64,000 bases of DNA from Pachysolen tannophilus NRRL Y-2460. Taxonomy: Eukaryota. The notes beneath the pieces are model-generated. The model searched no databases and was not told the DNA's origin. It was given only the letters and a program-made list of their open reading frames with translations. The translations under genes were made by a program, and so were the position numbers. This document shows, one piece after another, positions 47,991 to 59,735 of the stretch. The DNA is taken from assembly GCA_001661245.1 (NCBI GenBank), contig KV454016.1, forward strand, positions 227,868-291,867, in the 5' to 3' direction. Position 1 is the stretch's first letter; each line of letters begins with the position of its first letter.

Positions 47991-49499
47991 TTAAGCAACG
48001 ATAACACGTAAAGTATTGGTATGACCAAGACCTCTGGTCCAACCTTGAACAGTAACAATGACATCACCTTTACTCAAGATACCTAATTTGATTGCTTCAT
48101 TGACACCATACTTCAATCTATTTTCAACATCTTCTTGCCAGTTTTCCAGACGTTCTTGGTCATAGATAAATGGATATACACCACGGTACAAATGAGAATA
48201 ACATGCGGCAGTGTGAGATCTTGTAACCATTAAAATTGGACAATTTGGTCTGTATTTTGAGACAAATCTAGCTGTAGTACCAGAAGTTGATAAGACGACA
48301 ATAGCTTTAGCATCTTGATCGACTTGGGCGGAAACTGCAGCAACAGCAACGGTTTCAGTAGTTTCTGTTGGACGTGGAGTTAAATCCCTAATTTCATTAA
48401 AAGTTGAAGTATTTGGGAAAGCTTTTTCAGCTAATAAAGCAGTATGATGCATCATACTAACTGCTTCAATTGGGTAGTTACCCTTTGCAGTTTCACCTGA
48501 TAACATGACACAGTCAGCACCATCCAAGATAGCATTACCTACATCTGAAACTTCAGCTCTTGTTGGTCTTGGGTTATATGTCATAGATTCTAACATTTGA
48601 GTAGCACAAATAACTGGTTTACCTACCAAGTTACATTTTGCAATCAATTGTTTTTGAACAACGAAAACTTCTGGAGCTGGAATTTCAATACCTAAATCAC
48701 CTCTAGCAACCATAACACCATCAGTTTCTTTTAAAATTTCATCAAAATTGTTAACACCTTGTCTATTTTCAATTTTACAAATGATTTGAATATCTTTACC
48801 ATCTTCACCCAAGACTCTTCTTATATGTCTAACATCATCAGCAGTTCTAATGAATGATGCAAAGACCATATGAACACCATTCTTAACACCAAATCTTAAA
48901 TCAGCTTGATCTTTTTCAGATAAAGCTGGTAAATCAACATCAGTATTTGGTAAATTAACACCTTTATGAGAACAAATTTTACCAGCATTAATTGAAACAA
49001 CTTTTAAAGTTTTTGAATCAACAATTTCCAAAACTTCAAATGATAAAACACCATCATCAACATAAATAATCTTACCCTTTTCAATGACTTTAGTAATATT
49101 TTTATAATCAATATACATGATTCTATCATCAGATAATAAAGAATATTTGTCATCAGTGGTAAAAATCATTTCATGATTTGGAGGAATTGGATATTCCGCT
49201 TCATTTCTAGTAGTACCAGTTCTAATTTCTGGACCTTTTGTATCCAAAGCAATACCTAATGGACGACCTGAATATAATTCTTCGGATTTTCTTGCATTAT
49301 CAATAACAGATTGATGATATTCATATGAACCATGAGAAAAATTCATACGAACAATATTTAAACCAGCTTTTCTTAATTTTACCAACATCTCTGGTGAATT
49401 GGTTTTTGGACCAATAGTACCGATAATTGATGAACGACGATAATTTTTATCTGGAGTAGATGTAGCATCTAATGAAGTCAACCAAGCTAATTTAGACAT
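47991..49499 (-). CDS. CDC19: Pyruvate kinase
   Basis: Motifs [43 protein letters not shown] and MLSGETAKG. Confidence 0.98.
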   Translation of the reverse strand: MSKLAWLTSLDATSTPDKNYRRSSIIGTIGPKTNSPEMLVKLRKAGLNIVRMNFSHGSYEYHQSVIDNARKSEELYSGRPLGIALDTKGPEIRTGTTRNEAEYPIPPNHEMIFTTDDKYSLLSDDRIMYIDYKNITKVIEKGKIIYVDDGVLSFEVLEIVDSKTLKVVSINAGKICSHKGVNLPNTDVDLPALSEKDQADLRFGVKNGVHMVFASFIRTADDVRHIRRVLGEDGKDIQIICKIENRQGVNNFDEILKETDGVMVARGDLGIEIPAPEVFVVQKQLIAKCNLVGKPVICATQMLESMTYNPRPTRAEVSDVGNAILDGADCVMLSGETAKGNYPIEAVSMMHHTALLAEKAFPNTSTFNEIRDLTPRPTETTETVAVAAVSAQVDQDAKAIVVLSTSGTTARFVSKYRPNCPILMVTRSHTAACYSHLYRGVYPFIYDQERLENWQEDVENRLKYGVNEAIKLGILSKGDVIVTVQGWTRGLGHTNTLRVIVA

Positions 49500-50263
49500 T
49501 TTTTATTATTATTATTATTATTATTAAACCTTACTCTTTAAAAATTATATATTATTTATATATTATATAAAATTAAATCAATTAAACAATAATACCACAA
49601 CTTATTAAAGATATATAAAACTTTAATAATAATATACGCAATTTTTCAATTAATATAATTTAAAAGAGATGAAGCGATATAGTTACTTATATAAATAATA
49701 ACGGTATAGACAAATCCGGGAAAACTCTTGACTTAAAAAATGAAAAAAATTTAAAAATTTTTTCCGTTTCGGTGATGCTTCTGATGATGCAGCTGCTGAT
49801 GACACCGTTCCTTTTTAAATTTCCAACCACACACTTACACACACACATATATACACATACGCTCATACACTCATTCAATCACTCACTCACCACCTGCTTA
49901 GGTATTTCGGAATCTAATAGGCCCATAAAATTTGTCCTTGTCCCGATGAAATAAGATGAAATAAAGTGAAATAAAATGAAATGATGCACATGTGTTTTAA
50001 TTATTATGGTCTTAGAAATGATGGTCTTAAACTGACAAGTATAGCTAGTAGTTTCTCATGGACCAATCTAATCTTGATTAGATGAGAATAGTTTGATTAT
50101 CTAGTTAAGATGTTTAACCAAAGAGAATATGTAGTACCGTCGGTGTACACTACGGACTCTTACTACTTACTACTTACTATTTACCTTTACTTCACTAGGT
50201 GAGATTAACGGAAAAAAAAAAGAAACACACAGGAAAGAGAAGAGACAGGACAAGGGCGGGAGA

Positions 50264-50293
50264 GAAGGGCGGTGAAGGGCGGTGAAGGGCGGT
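50264..50293. repeat. (GAAGGGCGGT)3 array upstream of pyruvate kinase
   Basis: Exact 10-bp units at 50264, 50274 and 50284, with related units on both sides. Confidence 0.85.
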
Positions 50294-51469
50294 AAAGACC
50301 CAAGAGGCGGTGGAGACTGTAAAAAAATACTGGTGAAAGAAGATGATAAAACTGTCTTAAAATTTAGAATATATAACCGTTGAACATCCACTAATTACTT
50401 ACTAGCTAGAACTTACCACTGACACTAACTAAGTAAGTAAAGTTCTTTACCCTCTACTGATTATGATCTTTTTCTTTTTTTCAGTTTATTTGCTTTGCTT
50501 TTTCATTCTTGATAATTACGTGAATTCTGCCTTTAATTTTTTTTATTTTATTTTTTTTTGCCTTTCTTTTTATGCAGACATCAGTTGCTGCCAATTGCTA
50601 TCAGGAAACAATAATTTTTTTTATTTTTTTTGGTGGAGTGAAGTGGAGTGCAATGAACTGTAGTGGACTGGTGTCCCTTTTACAAGATTTTTTTTGTTTT
50701 CGTTATTTTTCGGCTGATATAGTGGATTAAAAAATGGGCTTAAGTGGGTTTAAGCACATTAGGGTTTAGTGTATAGTAAAAAAAAAAAGGATATGTTGAT
50801 AGATAGATAAATAAATAAAGAATCTCGAACTTTTGCTAAATCGATAAGATAGGTTTGATTTGCTGATACGATCGAGATGAAAAAAAGTTTCCGAGGTTAA
50901 GTTTAATAAACTAGATAAAAATTTTTAACCATAGCATTCCCTTTTTTTTTTTTTTTTTTTTTGTTTATGTTATAAAGGAAAATGCACAAGACTCCCTTCT
51001 GTAGCCTCTTAAGAGTGAATGGCCCCAAATCAATCAATTAAACAATCAATCAATCTGGTTCTCAGATTCATAGATTGAAAGTTTAGGTGTTTTTTTTTTT
51101 TTCTTTTGTTTTCATCTATCGAAATGCAATCAGAGCTAATATATGCTGATGTAGTTTGAATGCGAGGCTAGCTAGTTGTCTATCTATCTATCTATCTATT
51201 TATCGGTCTCCAGGAGAGGTTGTTTTTTTTTTTTTAAAAAAAAAAAATTTTTGACGCTGTAGATCTTTCTTCCCATCTTGACGAATTTTTATCTTCTTTT
51301 TCCTCAATTTTAACAGTTATTAAAAAGGTTGCTATGGTTTATCCAATGCAACTTTCAATATTATAATTTTTTTTGCAACCAAAGCAGTGATGAAGTTATT
51401 ATAATGAGGCAATATCCGTGTGGATCAATTTCAATTTCAATTTCAATTTTTCTTTTTTTTTTTTTTTTT

Positions 51470-52328
51470 NNNNNNNNNNNNNNNNNNNNNNNNNNNNNNN
51501 NNNNNNNNNNNNNNNNNNNNNNNNNNNNNNNNNNNNNNNNNNNNNNNNNNNNNNNNNNNNNNNNNNNNNNNNNNNNNNNNNNNNNNNNNNNNNNNNNNNN
51601 NNNNNNNNNNNNNNNNNNNNNNNNNNNNNNNNNNNNNNNNNNNNNNNNNNNNNNNNNNNNNNNNNNNNNNNNNNNNNNNNNNNNNNNNNNNNNNNNNNNN
51701 NNNNNNNNNNNNNNNNNNNNNNNNNNNNNNNNNNNNNNNNNNNNNNNNNNNNNNNNNNNNNNNNNNNNNNNNNNNNNNNNNNNNNNNNNNNNNNNNNNNN
51801 NNNNNNNNNNNNNNNNNNNNNNNNNNNNNNNNNNNNNNNNNNNNNNNNNNNNNNNNNNNNNNNNNNNNNNNNNNNNNNNNNNNNNNNNNNNNNNNNNNNN
51901 NNNNNNNNNNNNNNNNNNNNNNNNNNNNNNNNNNNNNNNNNNNNNNNNNNNNNNNNNNNNNNNNNNNNNNNNNNNNNNNNNNNNNNNNNNNNNNNNNNNN
52001 NNNNNNNNNNNNNNNNNNNNNNNNNNNNNNNNNNNNNNNNNNNNNNNNNNNNNNNNNNNNNNNNNNNNNNNNNNNNNNNNNNNNNNNNNNNNNNNNNNNN
52101 NNNNNNNNNNNNNNNNNNNNNNNNNNNNNNNNNNNNNNNNNNNNNNNNNNNNNNNNNNNNNNNNNNNNNNNNNNNNNNNNNNNNNNNNNNNNNNNNNNNN
52201 NNNNNNNNNNNNNNNNNNNNNNNNNNNNNNNNNNNNNNNNNNNNNNNNNNNNNNNNNNNNNNNNNNNNNNNNNNNNNNNNNNNNNNNNNNNNNNNNNNNN
52301 NNNNNNNNNNNNNNNNNNNNNNNNNNNN
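51470..52328. other. Assembly gap (N run) flanked by poly-T
   Basis: N characters. Confidence 1.
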
Positions 52329-52600
52329 TGTTTTTTTTTTTTTTTGTTAAACTTGTAGTGTGTTTCTATGTATGTATTTAAAGTTCTCTAAAGTTAACCA
52401 TATCTTGTAAGAGTCAAAAAAAAAAAACCAAATTAAAAAAAAAAACGAGTGACAATTATTTAGCAAATTTAAAAAAAACAACGAACGAACGAATGATGAC
52501 TGAATGGATTTTTGCGGCAGTGCAGATTGAATTAAGTTCTTACTACTGTCCTGTCTACGATGCCACTTTGTTTAAAAAGATTAGACGGGACAAAGTCTTG

Positions 52601-52635
<35 letters not shown>

Positions 52636-54990
52636 AAAAAAAACATATCAATAGCGCTTTCCTTTTCTTTTACTTCTTTTATTACCGAGACCAGCAATTT
52701 AAACTGAGAAATATGTACAATTATTGTAGTGACAGATCTTATCTACAAATAATATGCACTTTAGAAAAGTGCAAATCGAGGTTTTGAACGTATGACCAAT
52801 GCCATCGCAATAATAAAAAAATAAAAAAAATAAAAAAATTTTTGGTTATGAGAAGAAAAGCAAACGAAAACAATACGAAAACATACGACAAATAACACAA
52901 TGGCATCACATAATGCAGCAATGATCAGATCACTCAATCATAGTTCAATTAAAACAATTGAACAATGGAAACAATCAATCATGAAATCACATGAATCTTA
53001 TCACACGTTGATTTATCGCATAATTTTTTTTTCATGTTTTTTCGTATTTTTTGTTTTTTTTTGCAAAAAAAAAAAAAAAAACTTCCCTCTTTACTTAATT
53101 ATACTAAGTAGCCAGAGTAACGGTCAAGTCCACACCCCAAAATCCAGAAACTTTGAAAACTCACCTACTTTATATATTGAGAAACTTCTTACAGAAATTA
53201 TATGTCACCAGTTTGAACGTGAAACAAAATAAAATAAAATAAAACTTTTTTTTTTTTTTTTTTTTTCATGCTAGTAGACGCATACTCTTACTTCGGGAAT
53301 AATAGCCGCATATATCGTAAGCTTCTGCATCTTTGTGCATATATCTGTCTACACAAATTTATAAAATTGCGTTTTATTTGCCTATGCTTAATCTTAACTT
53401 TATTTTGTCTTGAAAAAATTAAAAAAAATTAAAAAAAAAAAAAAAGTTTTATGCATGTCTGTATGTATTAAACGTGTGTGCTTTGTAAACTTGTTATAAA
53501 CTGTAAGCTGATGTACGTATATATGTACATGTATGTATAAATCTGTACGTGTGTATATATATATGTGCAATCAATCAATCAATCAAAAAACAAAAAAAAA
53601 AAAAAAAAAACGAACAAGACAATACAATACAATACGATGGGGGGGAGGGGCGTGATAAACAACTTTGAATTAAATTAACAGCATTAGACCTTGGCTTCTG
53701 ATAGGTTGGATCCGATTTTCCCTCAATTTTTGAACCTTTCTTCTACGCTTGCATCAAAAAATTAGTCTTCATAAAGAGAAAGAAAAAAAAAAAAGCAAAA
53801 AAAAGAAACGATTCTTCTTATCAAGAGTATTTGTTTGATTAGCTTTAACCAACTATTAACTACTTATTCTCTAAACAATAATAAAACAAAAATCAAAATT
53901 TCTCTTTAAAGTTTCAAAGTTGCTTTAATAAATTGATGCTTACGCAATATTACAGCAGATTTTAAGATCAAGTTTGATCTTAAAAATAAAATTAAAATTA
54001 AAACAAAAAATAATACTCAATCACTTGCTAAATTGATATACACCAACATCAACATACTATCAATTCTTTTTTTTTTTAAAAAAAATTTTTTTTCTTCTTC
54101 TTCTTCTTCCAATTCTTTATGATTTTTTAGTGAAAACGAAACGCCTAGATTAGCAAACATGGGGTCTGCCTACTAGTTGCATCATTTTCATGCAAAGATA
54201 TTATTTACAAAAGCACCGTAAAAGTAGATACGTAGATAGGTGATTTACGAATTTTCTCTCTCTCTCTTTTTTTTTTTGTTTTTTCGCTTTTTGCTTTTTT
54301 TCCCTTTTCCTGTTTTTTTTGTGAAATTTAGAGTTTTAACTATTTTATACTAATATTCGGATGTTATTCGTATTAAAATTGTGTATTATTTATATACTAC
54401 TATGGTTTTCACAACGGACTTGTAACTTTTTTTTTTTATTTTTTTTTCTTTCTTTTTCTTCTTCTTCTTCTTTTCTTTTCTTTTCTTTCCTGTATGTTCA
54501 TCCAATTCATTGAGTTATAAATACGATTGATTATCCAGCTTTTAGAATATAAAGTACCAAGAATTGTCAAGTTGTTTTTTTTTAAAAAAAATAAAAGATT
54601 TGTTTTTTTGTTCTTTGTATTTTTCTTTCTTTCTTGTTTTCGCTTTTGATTTTGCTTTTGAAAAAAAAAAACAAAAATTAACTCCTTTATCGCTCTTTAG
54701 GATAGCATTACAAGTTTAATTAGTTTTTTTAGCTTAAGATCTTTTTTTTTTTTTTTTTAATTTTTTGGTTAGGTTTTGATCGATATCTATCTTCCTGTCT
54801 AGAGTTTTGGGTCAAAAATAAAAGCAAAAAAAAAAAAAAAGAATTAATATTATTATTTAATTATTATTTTATTTTATTTTATTTTTATTTTTAGTGCTTT
54901 GGTTTTCCCTTTCTTTTCTATTTCTAGTAAAGCTAATAATTGCATTTTTTTTTTTTTCTTTTTCTTTTTCTTTTTTTTCTTGAAGATAAG

Positions 54991-56361
54991 ATGAACAATA
55001 TTAGTAAAAACAGCACAAGTTCACATCAGGACAATAATTTGTCATATCCAAATAGTCTTTCAAACCGACTACCAACTATAAGCCCAAGTGTGAATCAGAT
55101 CAATGGTTATTCATACCCAACGTATTCTCAACCAAGGACAAATGATTTGGGCAGTGCGGCTGCCCTTTCACAACAAGATCAACATCAACATCAGCACCAA
55201 CAACAACAACACCACTCAATGGATAGCTTGACACCTTCGATTTCGGTTTTACAGCCCTTAGGGTTGGCTTATCCTTCTCAGAAATTACAAGAACAACAAC
55301 ATCAACATCAGCAACAACAACAACAACAACAGATAGTACAGACACAACAAAGTGGGGAAATTCCTCAGATGAAGAAAAAACGTCCAAGAAGAAAATATAA
55401 TGAAATTGAAAGATTATATGCTTGTAAAGATTGTAAGAAGCTGTATGGTACTTTAAATCATTTAAATGCTCATATTTTAACTCAAAATCATGGTCCAAAG
55501 AGAAAATCTGAAGAATTTAGGGAATTAAGAGCAAAATGGAGAGAAGAAAGAAAACAAAGACAATATTTAATGAAAAAGCAAAAATTAGAAGAAAGTTTTA
55601 AAGAAGGGGTTAGTGATCATAGACAATTTGCAGATTTTAATTTAAAGGCTAAATCCCTCAGCACTTCAGAAATCCCACAACTGCAACTGCAACAACATCA
55701 ACAATTCAATTTCTCTCATGGCTCTGGAAATGGAATCTTACCAGGTGGAAGACAAACTCTTACAAGTAATTTGTATGACCCTTACTACCAATCCCACATG
55801 GACAATCAACAACCTTATCAAGATTATAGTGTTTCTCATCCTTATGGAAATAATTTTGCACTTGCACCACATCAGCAACAACCTCAACAGCAACAGCAGC
55901 AGCAACAACCTCAACAACAACTGCAACAACAACCACTGTCACAACTGCTGCTGCACCTGACACCACCACAACAACCACAACTGCTGCTGCTGCTGCTGCC
56001 GCAACAGCCACAACAACAACAGCAGCAGCAGCAGCAGCAACAACAACAACAACCGTATTATAATGATTCCTATAATTTGGTCTATCCTTATAATGTCCAG
56101 CCGCAAATGTACGCTCAACAAACTCGTAGCATTTTTGATAATGGTCAATTGGGGGCAAATGATAATGATAGTAATAAACAAGGTACAGGAGTCTCGAATT
56201 CAGTTCAAAATGGTGGTGGTTCTGCTGCTGGTAACAGTGCTACTTTCCTATATCCTGTTTATCCACAGGTTTCTTCTTCAAGCTATGCAAGTACAACACC
56301 TCAGCAGCAGCTGCAGGCATCACATACTCAATTACCTTATTATGGCTATCCAAATCAATAA
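54991..56361 (+). CDS. Single C2H2 zinc-finger transcription factor, Con7-like, with Q-rich regions
   Basis: KRPRRKYNEIERLY.C..C.K[CTG]YGTLNHLNAH...HG.KR..EEF.E.R..W matches the fungal Con7 domain; first ATG at 54991. Confidence 0.85.
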   Translation: MNNISKNSTSSHQDNNLSYPNSLSNRLPTISPSVNQINGYSYPTYSQPRTNDLGSAAALSQQDQHQHQHQQQQHHSMDSLTPSISVLQPLGLAYPSQKLQEQQHQHQQQQQQQQIVQTQQSGEIPQMKKKRPRRKYNEIERLYACKDCKKLYGTLNHLNAHILTQNHGPKRKSEEFRELRAKWREERKQRQYLMKKQKLEESFKEGVSDHRQFADFNLKAKSLSTSEIPQLQLQQHQQFNFSHGSGNGILPGGRQTLTSNLYDPYYQSHMDNQQPYQDYSVSHPYGNNFALAPHQQQPQQQQQQQQPQQQLQQQPLSQLLLHLTPPQQPQLLLLLLPQQPQQQQQQQQQQQQQQPYYNDSYNLVYPYNVQPQMYAQQTRSIFDNGQLGANDNDSNKQGTGVSNSVQNGGGSAAGNSATFLYPVYPQVSSSSYASTTPQQQLQASHTQLPYYGYPNQ

Positions 56362-59300
56362 AAAGAATTATAACGAGATTCCTTCCATCATTCACGTATT
56401 TTTAGAAGAAGATTTATTTATTTTCCGGTGTTTAATGTTTTTTTTTCTTTTTTTTTTTTACATTTTTTCTTCAAGGAGGAGCTTTTATTCCATTAAAAAC
56501 AGGGTTAAAATATAAAAGAGTTCATGTTGATCCTACTAATATTGCTATGAACATTTTCAAAATTGAGAAATTATATTAAAAGTGAAGTTGCTATTTTTTA
56601 TTTTATTTTATTTTATTTTTATTTTTATATTATTTTTATTTTTATCTTATTCTATTTACATTATTTACAATTTTTTTTTTGAATTTACTAGTTGTTATTG
56701 GTTGTATTGTTTGATTTTTTTTTGGACACTCATTTTATACAACTTGCAAAGTAAGACATTCGTTTGCTCCTTTTCTTATAGATATATAATTTTATTTTTA
56801 CTTGAAACTTTCTATTATAATTGTGTATTTGGTTTGTATATTTATGCTTATTATAAAAAAAAACAAAAAAACTGAATTACATACATTACATACATACAAA
56901 ATTAATTTTAAACCCTGTATTGTAGGGTATTTTTGCAAACTGGGTCAGATTGGTCCATCTCTATCTTTGGCACTTTCAGTTCAAATTTTTTTTTTTTTTT
57001 GAAAATTTAAAAGTACTTATCTTTAAAGTTTTTTTAATGCCATTTGGAGCAGTTGAAACAGTTGGAACCGCTGGCACCGCTGGCACCGCTGGGGTCAAAT
57101 GCAACCAACCACTCACTGCACTGCATCCCCAGAGAAATCTTGATCCCATACATAGAAAAGCAACAACAAAATTTTTCAAATTGGGGTTTTTTATTTTTTT
57201 TTTTTTTTGCTCTCTCCTTTAAATTCATCTCTTGCCCTCTTGAATAGAGATCGAGACCATTTCCAATTTTGTAAATTTTTCATTTAATTAATTTTTGGAA
57301 AAATTGTGAACAAAAAAGAAATATATACAGACAGACGCACGTCACAAACCTTATTAATAAAAACGCAAAAATTAATTGCATATAGATACGTTTAATTTCG
57401 AAATTATATATATACGTTTTAAAGGCGTCTTTATAAAGTAGTAATAATAATGCAGGTGTAAAGGAGTAAAAAGAAAAAAAAGTCAAGACGCAAGCAACAT
57501 TACTCAAATAATAGGTTTCTAAAAGTGACTAAAGTCCGAATTGGAATGTTTAAATTGAAAATACCAAACTGAAATGAAACACAAGAAAAAATTTTTTTTT
57601 TTTTTTTTGAATTAATGAATGGATTCATTGATCTGATTCATTTGTCTCAAGTTTAATTTTCTTTTTTTTTTTGGTTTCTAATAACGTTTCAGTCTAATAA
57701 TCTATTGTTTGATAATCATCAGTAGAGAACTGGTTTTCAAACAAACAAACAAAAAAAAAAACAGAAAAATGAAAAAAAGTATAATTTTAGATCGGGTCTA
57801 GTACTGAGAAAATAGTCAAAATGATGATCCATGTCTTGATGAAAAAGAAAGAAAAAATAAAAAAAATAAAATAAATTAGGCTCATTAACGATGAGCAAAT
57901 TGACTGCATTCTAATTTAAAGTAAATAATAAATAAAAAATAAAAAATAAAAAGGAAAAATCTCCGAGTATATACGTACGCACCTTGAAACATGATACGGT
58001 CCATTGAGATTTGCGATAATTTTATTTCAATTATACTTCATTTTCTTTTCTTTTTCTTTTCTTTTTATTTTGTTTGTTTTTTGTTTGTTGCTTTGTAAAA
58101 AAAAAAAAAAAAACCGCCCAGTTTCGCTTATTGAAAGAAACGAGTTTTTCAAAGTCAGCTTAATTCAATTATTACTTTTACTACTGCTATCTTTTTAAAT
58201 CTAAGGTTTTCCTAACAACTCATTAGTAAAAATTCCATTCACTTTCTCCAATATTCTTTTTTACCTTTAAATTACTTTATTACATTTCAACCTCGAGGCT
58301 GAAGCAGCATATCAAACTTAAGGTAAACAATAGAGTTAAATTATAATGTGGTGTACCTGAAATTTCGTATTAAATAACAGAAACAGAAACAACAGAAACA
58401 ACAGCAAGAAAAAAAAAAAAAAAAAGTAGCAAAAGTAGTAAAACTTTGCTGCAGTAGTTCAAGCGTTTAGTTATATCATCTTATTACAAGCCAAAACTAG
58501 GCGTATGGCTTAAGCATCAATAATTTCAAATAATAAATATATATATCTATTTATCTATCTATATATTGAAGGAAATGTATATATATATATTTATGGGCAG
58601 CTCCAATCCAACAAGGGCAGCAATGACACTGCTGCAAACGGAAGGAAAAAAGAAATTTTCTTTAGTTTTTTTTTTCTAGTTTTTCCTCCCTTTGTCAATA
58701 GGGCTTCCCCCGCCCATCCAAACTTTTAAAAAATTCCTAACCAACCTCCTTTTTTCCCCGTTTTCTGGAATCAAGCCAAACCAACGTTGTGTAGTCTGTA
58801 TAATCTGCATGTATGTAAATGCAGAAATACAAGACAGATATTATAATGTTTTAACAATAAAGATGAAACGCACAATTGCTTAAAAAATTCATTCTACAGG
58901 TTGGATAAATGGTATAGTCAAGAATAAGAAAAAGAAGAATGTTAACATGGATGAACAAATACAGAATTAACAGTAGTGATTTTTCTTTTTTTTTTTGATT
59001 TTTTGATTTTTCCGAATACAAGGAATATAGTAGTATTGCATATTACGAGATCTTACTTGGTTTTTTTCTGCTTAATTTAATTTCAACTACTTGAATTTGG
59101 GGATATCTTGTAATTTTTCAACAGATTGCATATAATAATAATAATAATAATTATTATTATTATTTTTTTACTAACTAAAATAAGCTAAACTAGTTGAATT
59201 CAATTATTTCGCTTGTAACTTTTCTTTTTCTTTTAATTAAATATTTATTTTTGAATAATAAATATGCAAAGATCAAAGATTTTCATTTACTATAGCAAAA

Positions 59301-59447
59301 AGAAAAATACATAGAATTTTATTCAATAAAAAATATTTTATTTCTCTATTCTTTTCCAGAATATTAGTAATTAAAAATAAATATGTAAATATGTATGTAA
59401 TGTATGTATGTATGTTATCGTTAAATCATTAATATAAAAAAAATATA

Positions 59448-59479
<32 letters not shown>

Positions 59480-59531
59480 TATATTTTCTAGAAAAAGGCC
59501 TTCTTCATAAAACCACTTTTTTTTTTTCTAT

Positions 59532-59735
59532 TTAGTAAACGTGATTTAATTTATTCACAGAGTACTTGTAAACGAAAGGATAACCAAAAAATACAGTTAA
59601 TCCAGTGGCCCAACCAATGATATTTGGAACAACCCTCTTAGCATGCATAAAGAATGGATTTGGACCAAGACGACGAACAGCAACTTTTGGAGCTGAATGA
59701 ACAGCGACTCTAGCTAATGGAATGGCAATTGACAT
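59532..59735 (-). CDS. COX26: Small single-transmembrane mitochondrial protein, Cox26-like (67 aa)
   Basis: Basic N-terminus with no acidic residues. RLG......KRVVPNIIGW...L.V..GYP resembles the recalled S. cerevisiae Cox26 pattern RIG......RRLIPEIFQW...L.V..GWP. Confidence 0.6.
   Translation of the reverse strand: MSIAIPLARVAVHSAPKVAVRRLGPNPFFMHAKRVVPNIIGWATGLTVFFGYPFVYKYSVNKLNHVY

Noticed and set aside
52900..53232. 110-aa ATG-initiated ORF in the long intergenic region
   Set aside because: It runs through poly-T and poly-A tracts and has no recognisable motif or coding-like composition.
10149..55443. CUG=Ser (Candida clade) as the alternative code
   Set aside because: The STR3 site tolerates Ser, but the WQGLKA, KAYGTLNHL, LPAK and IAAxP columns point to Ala.
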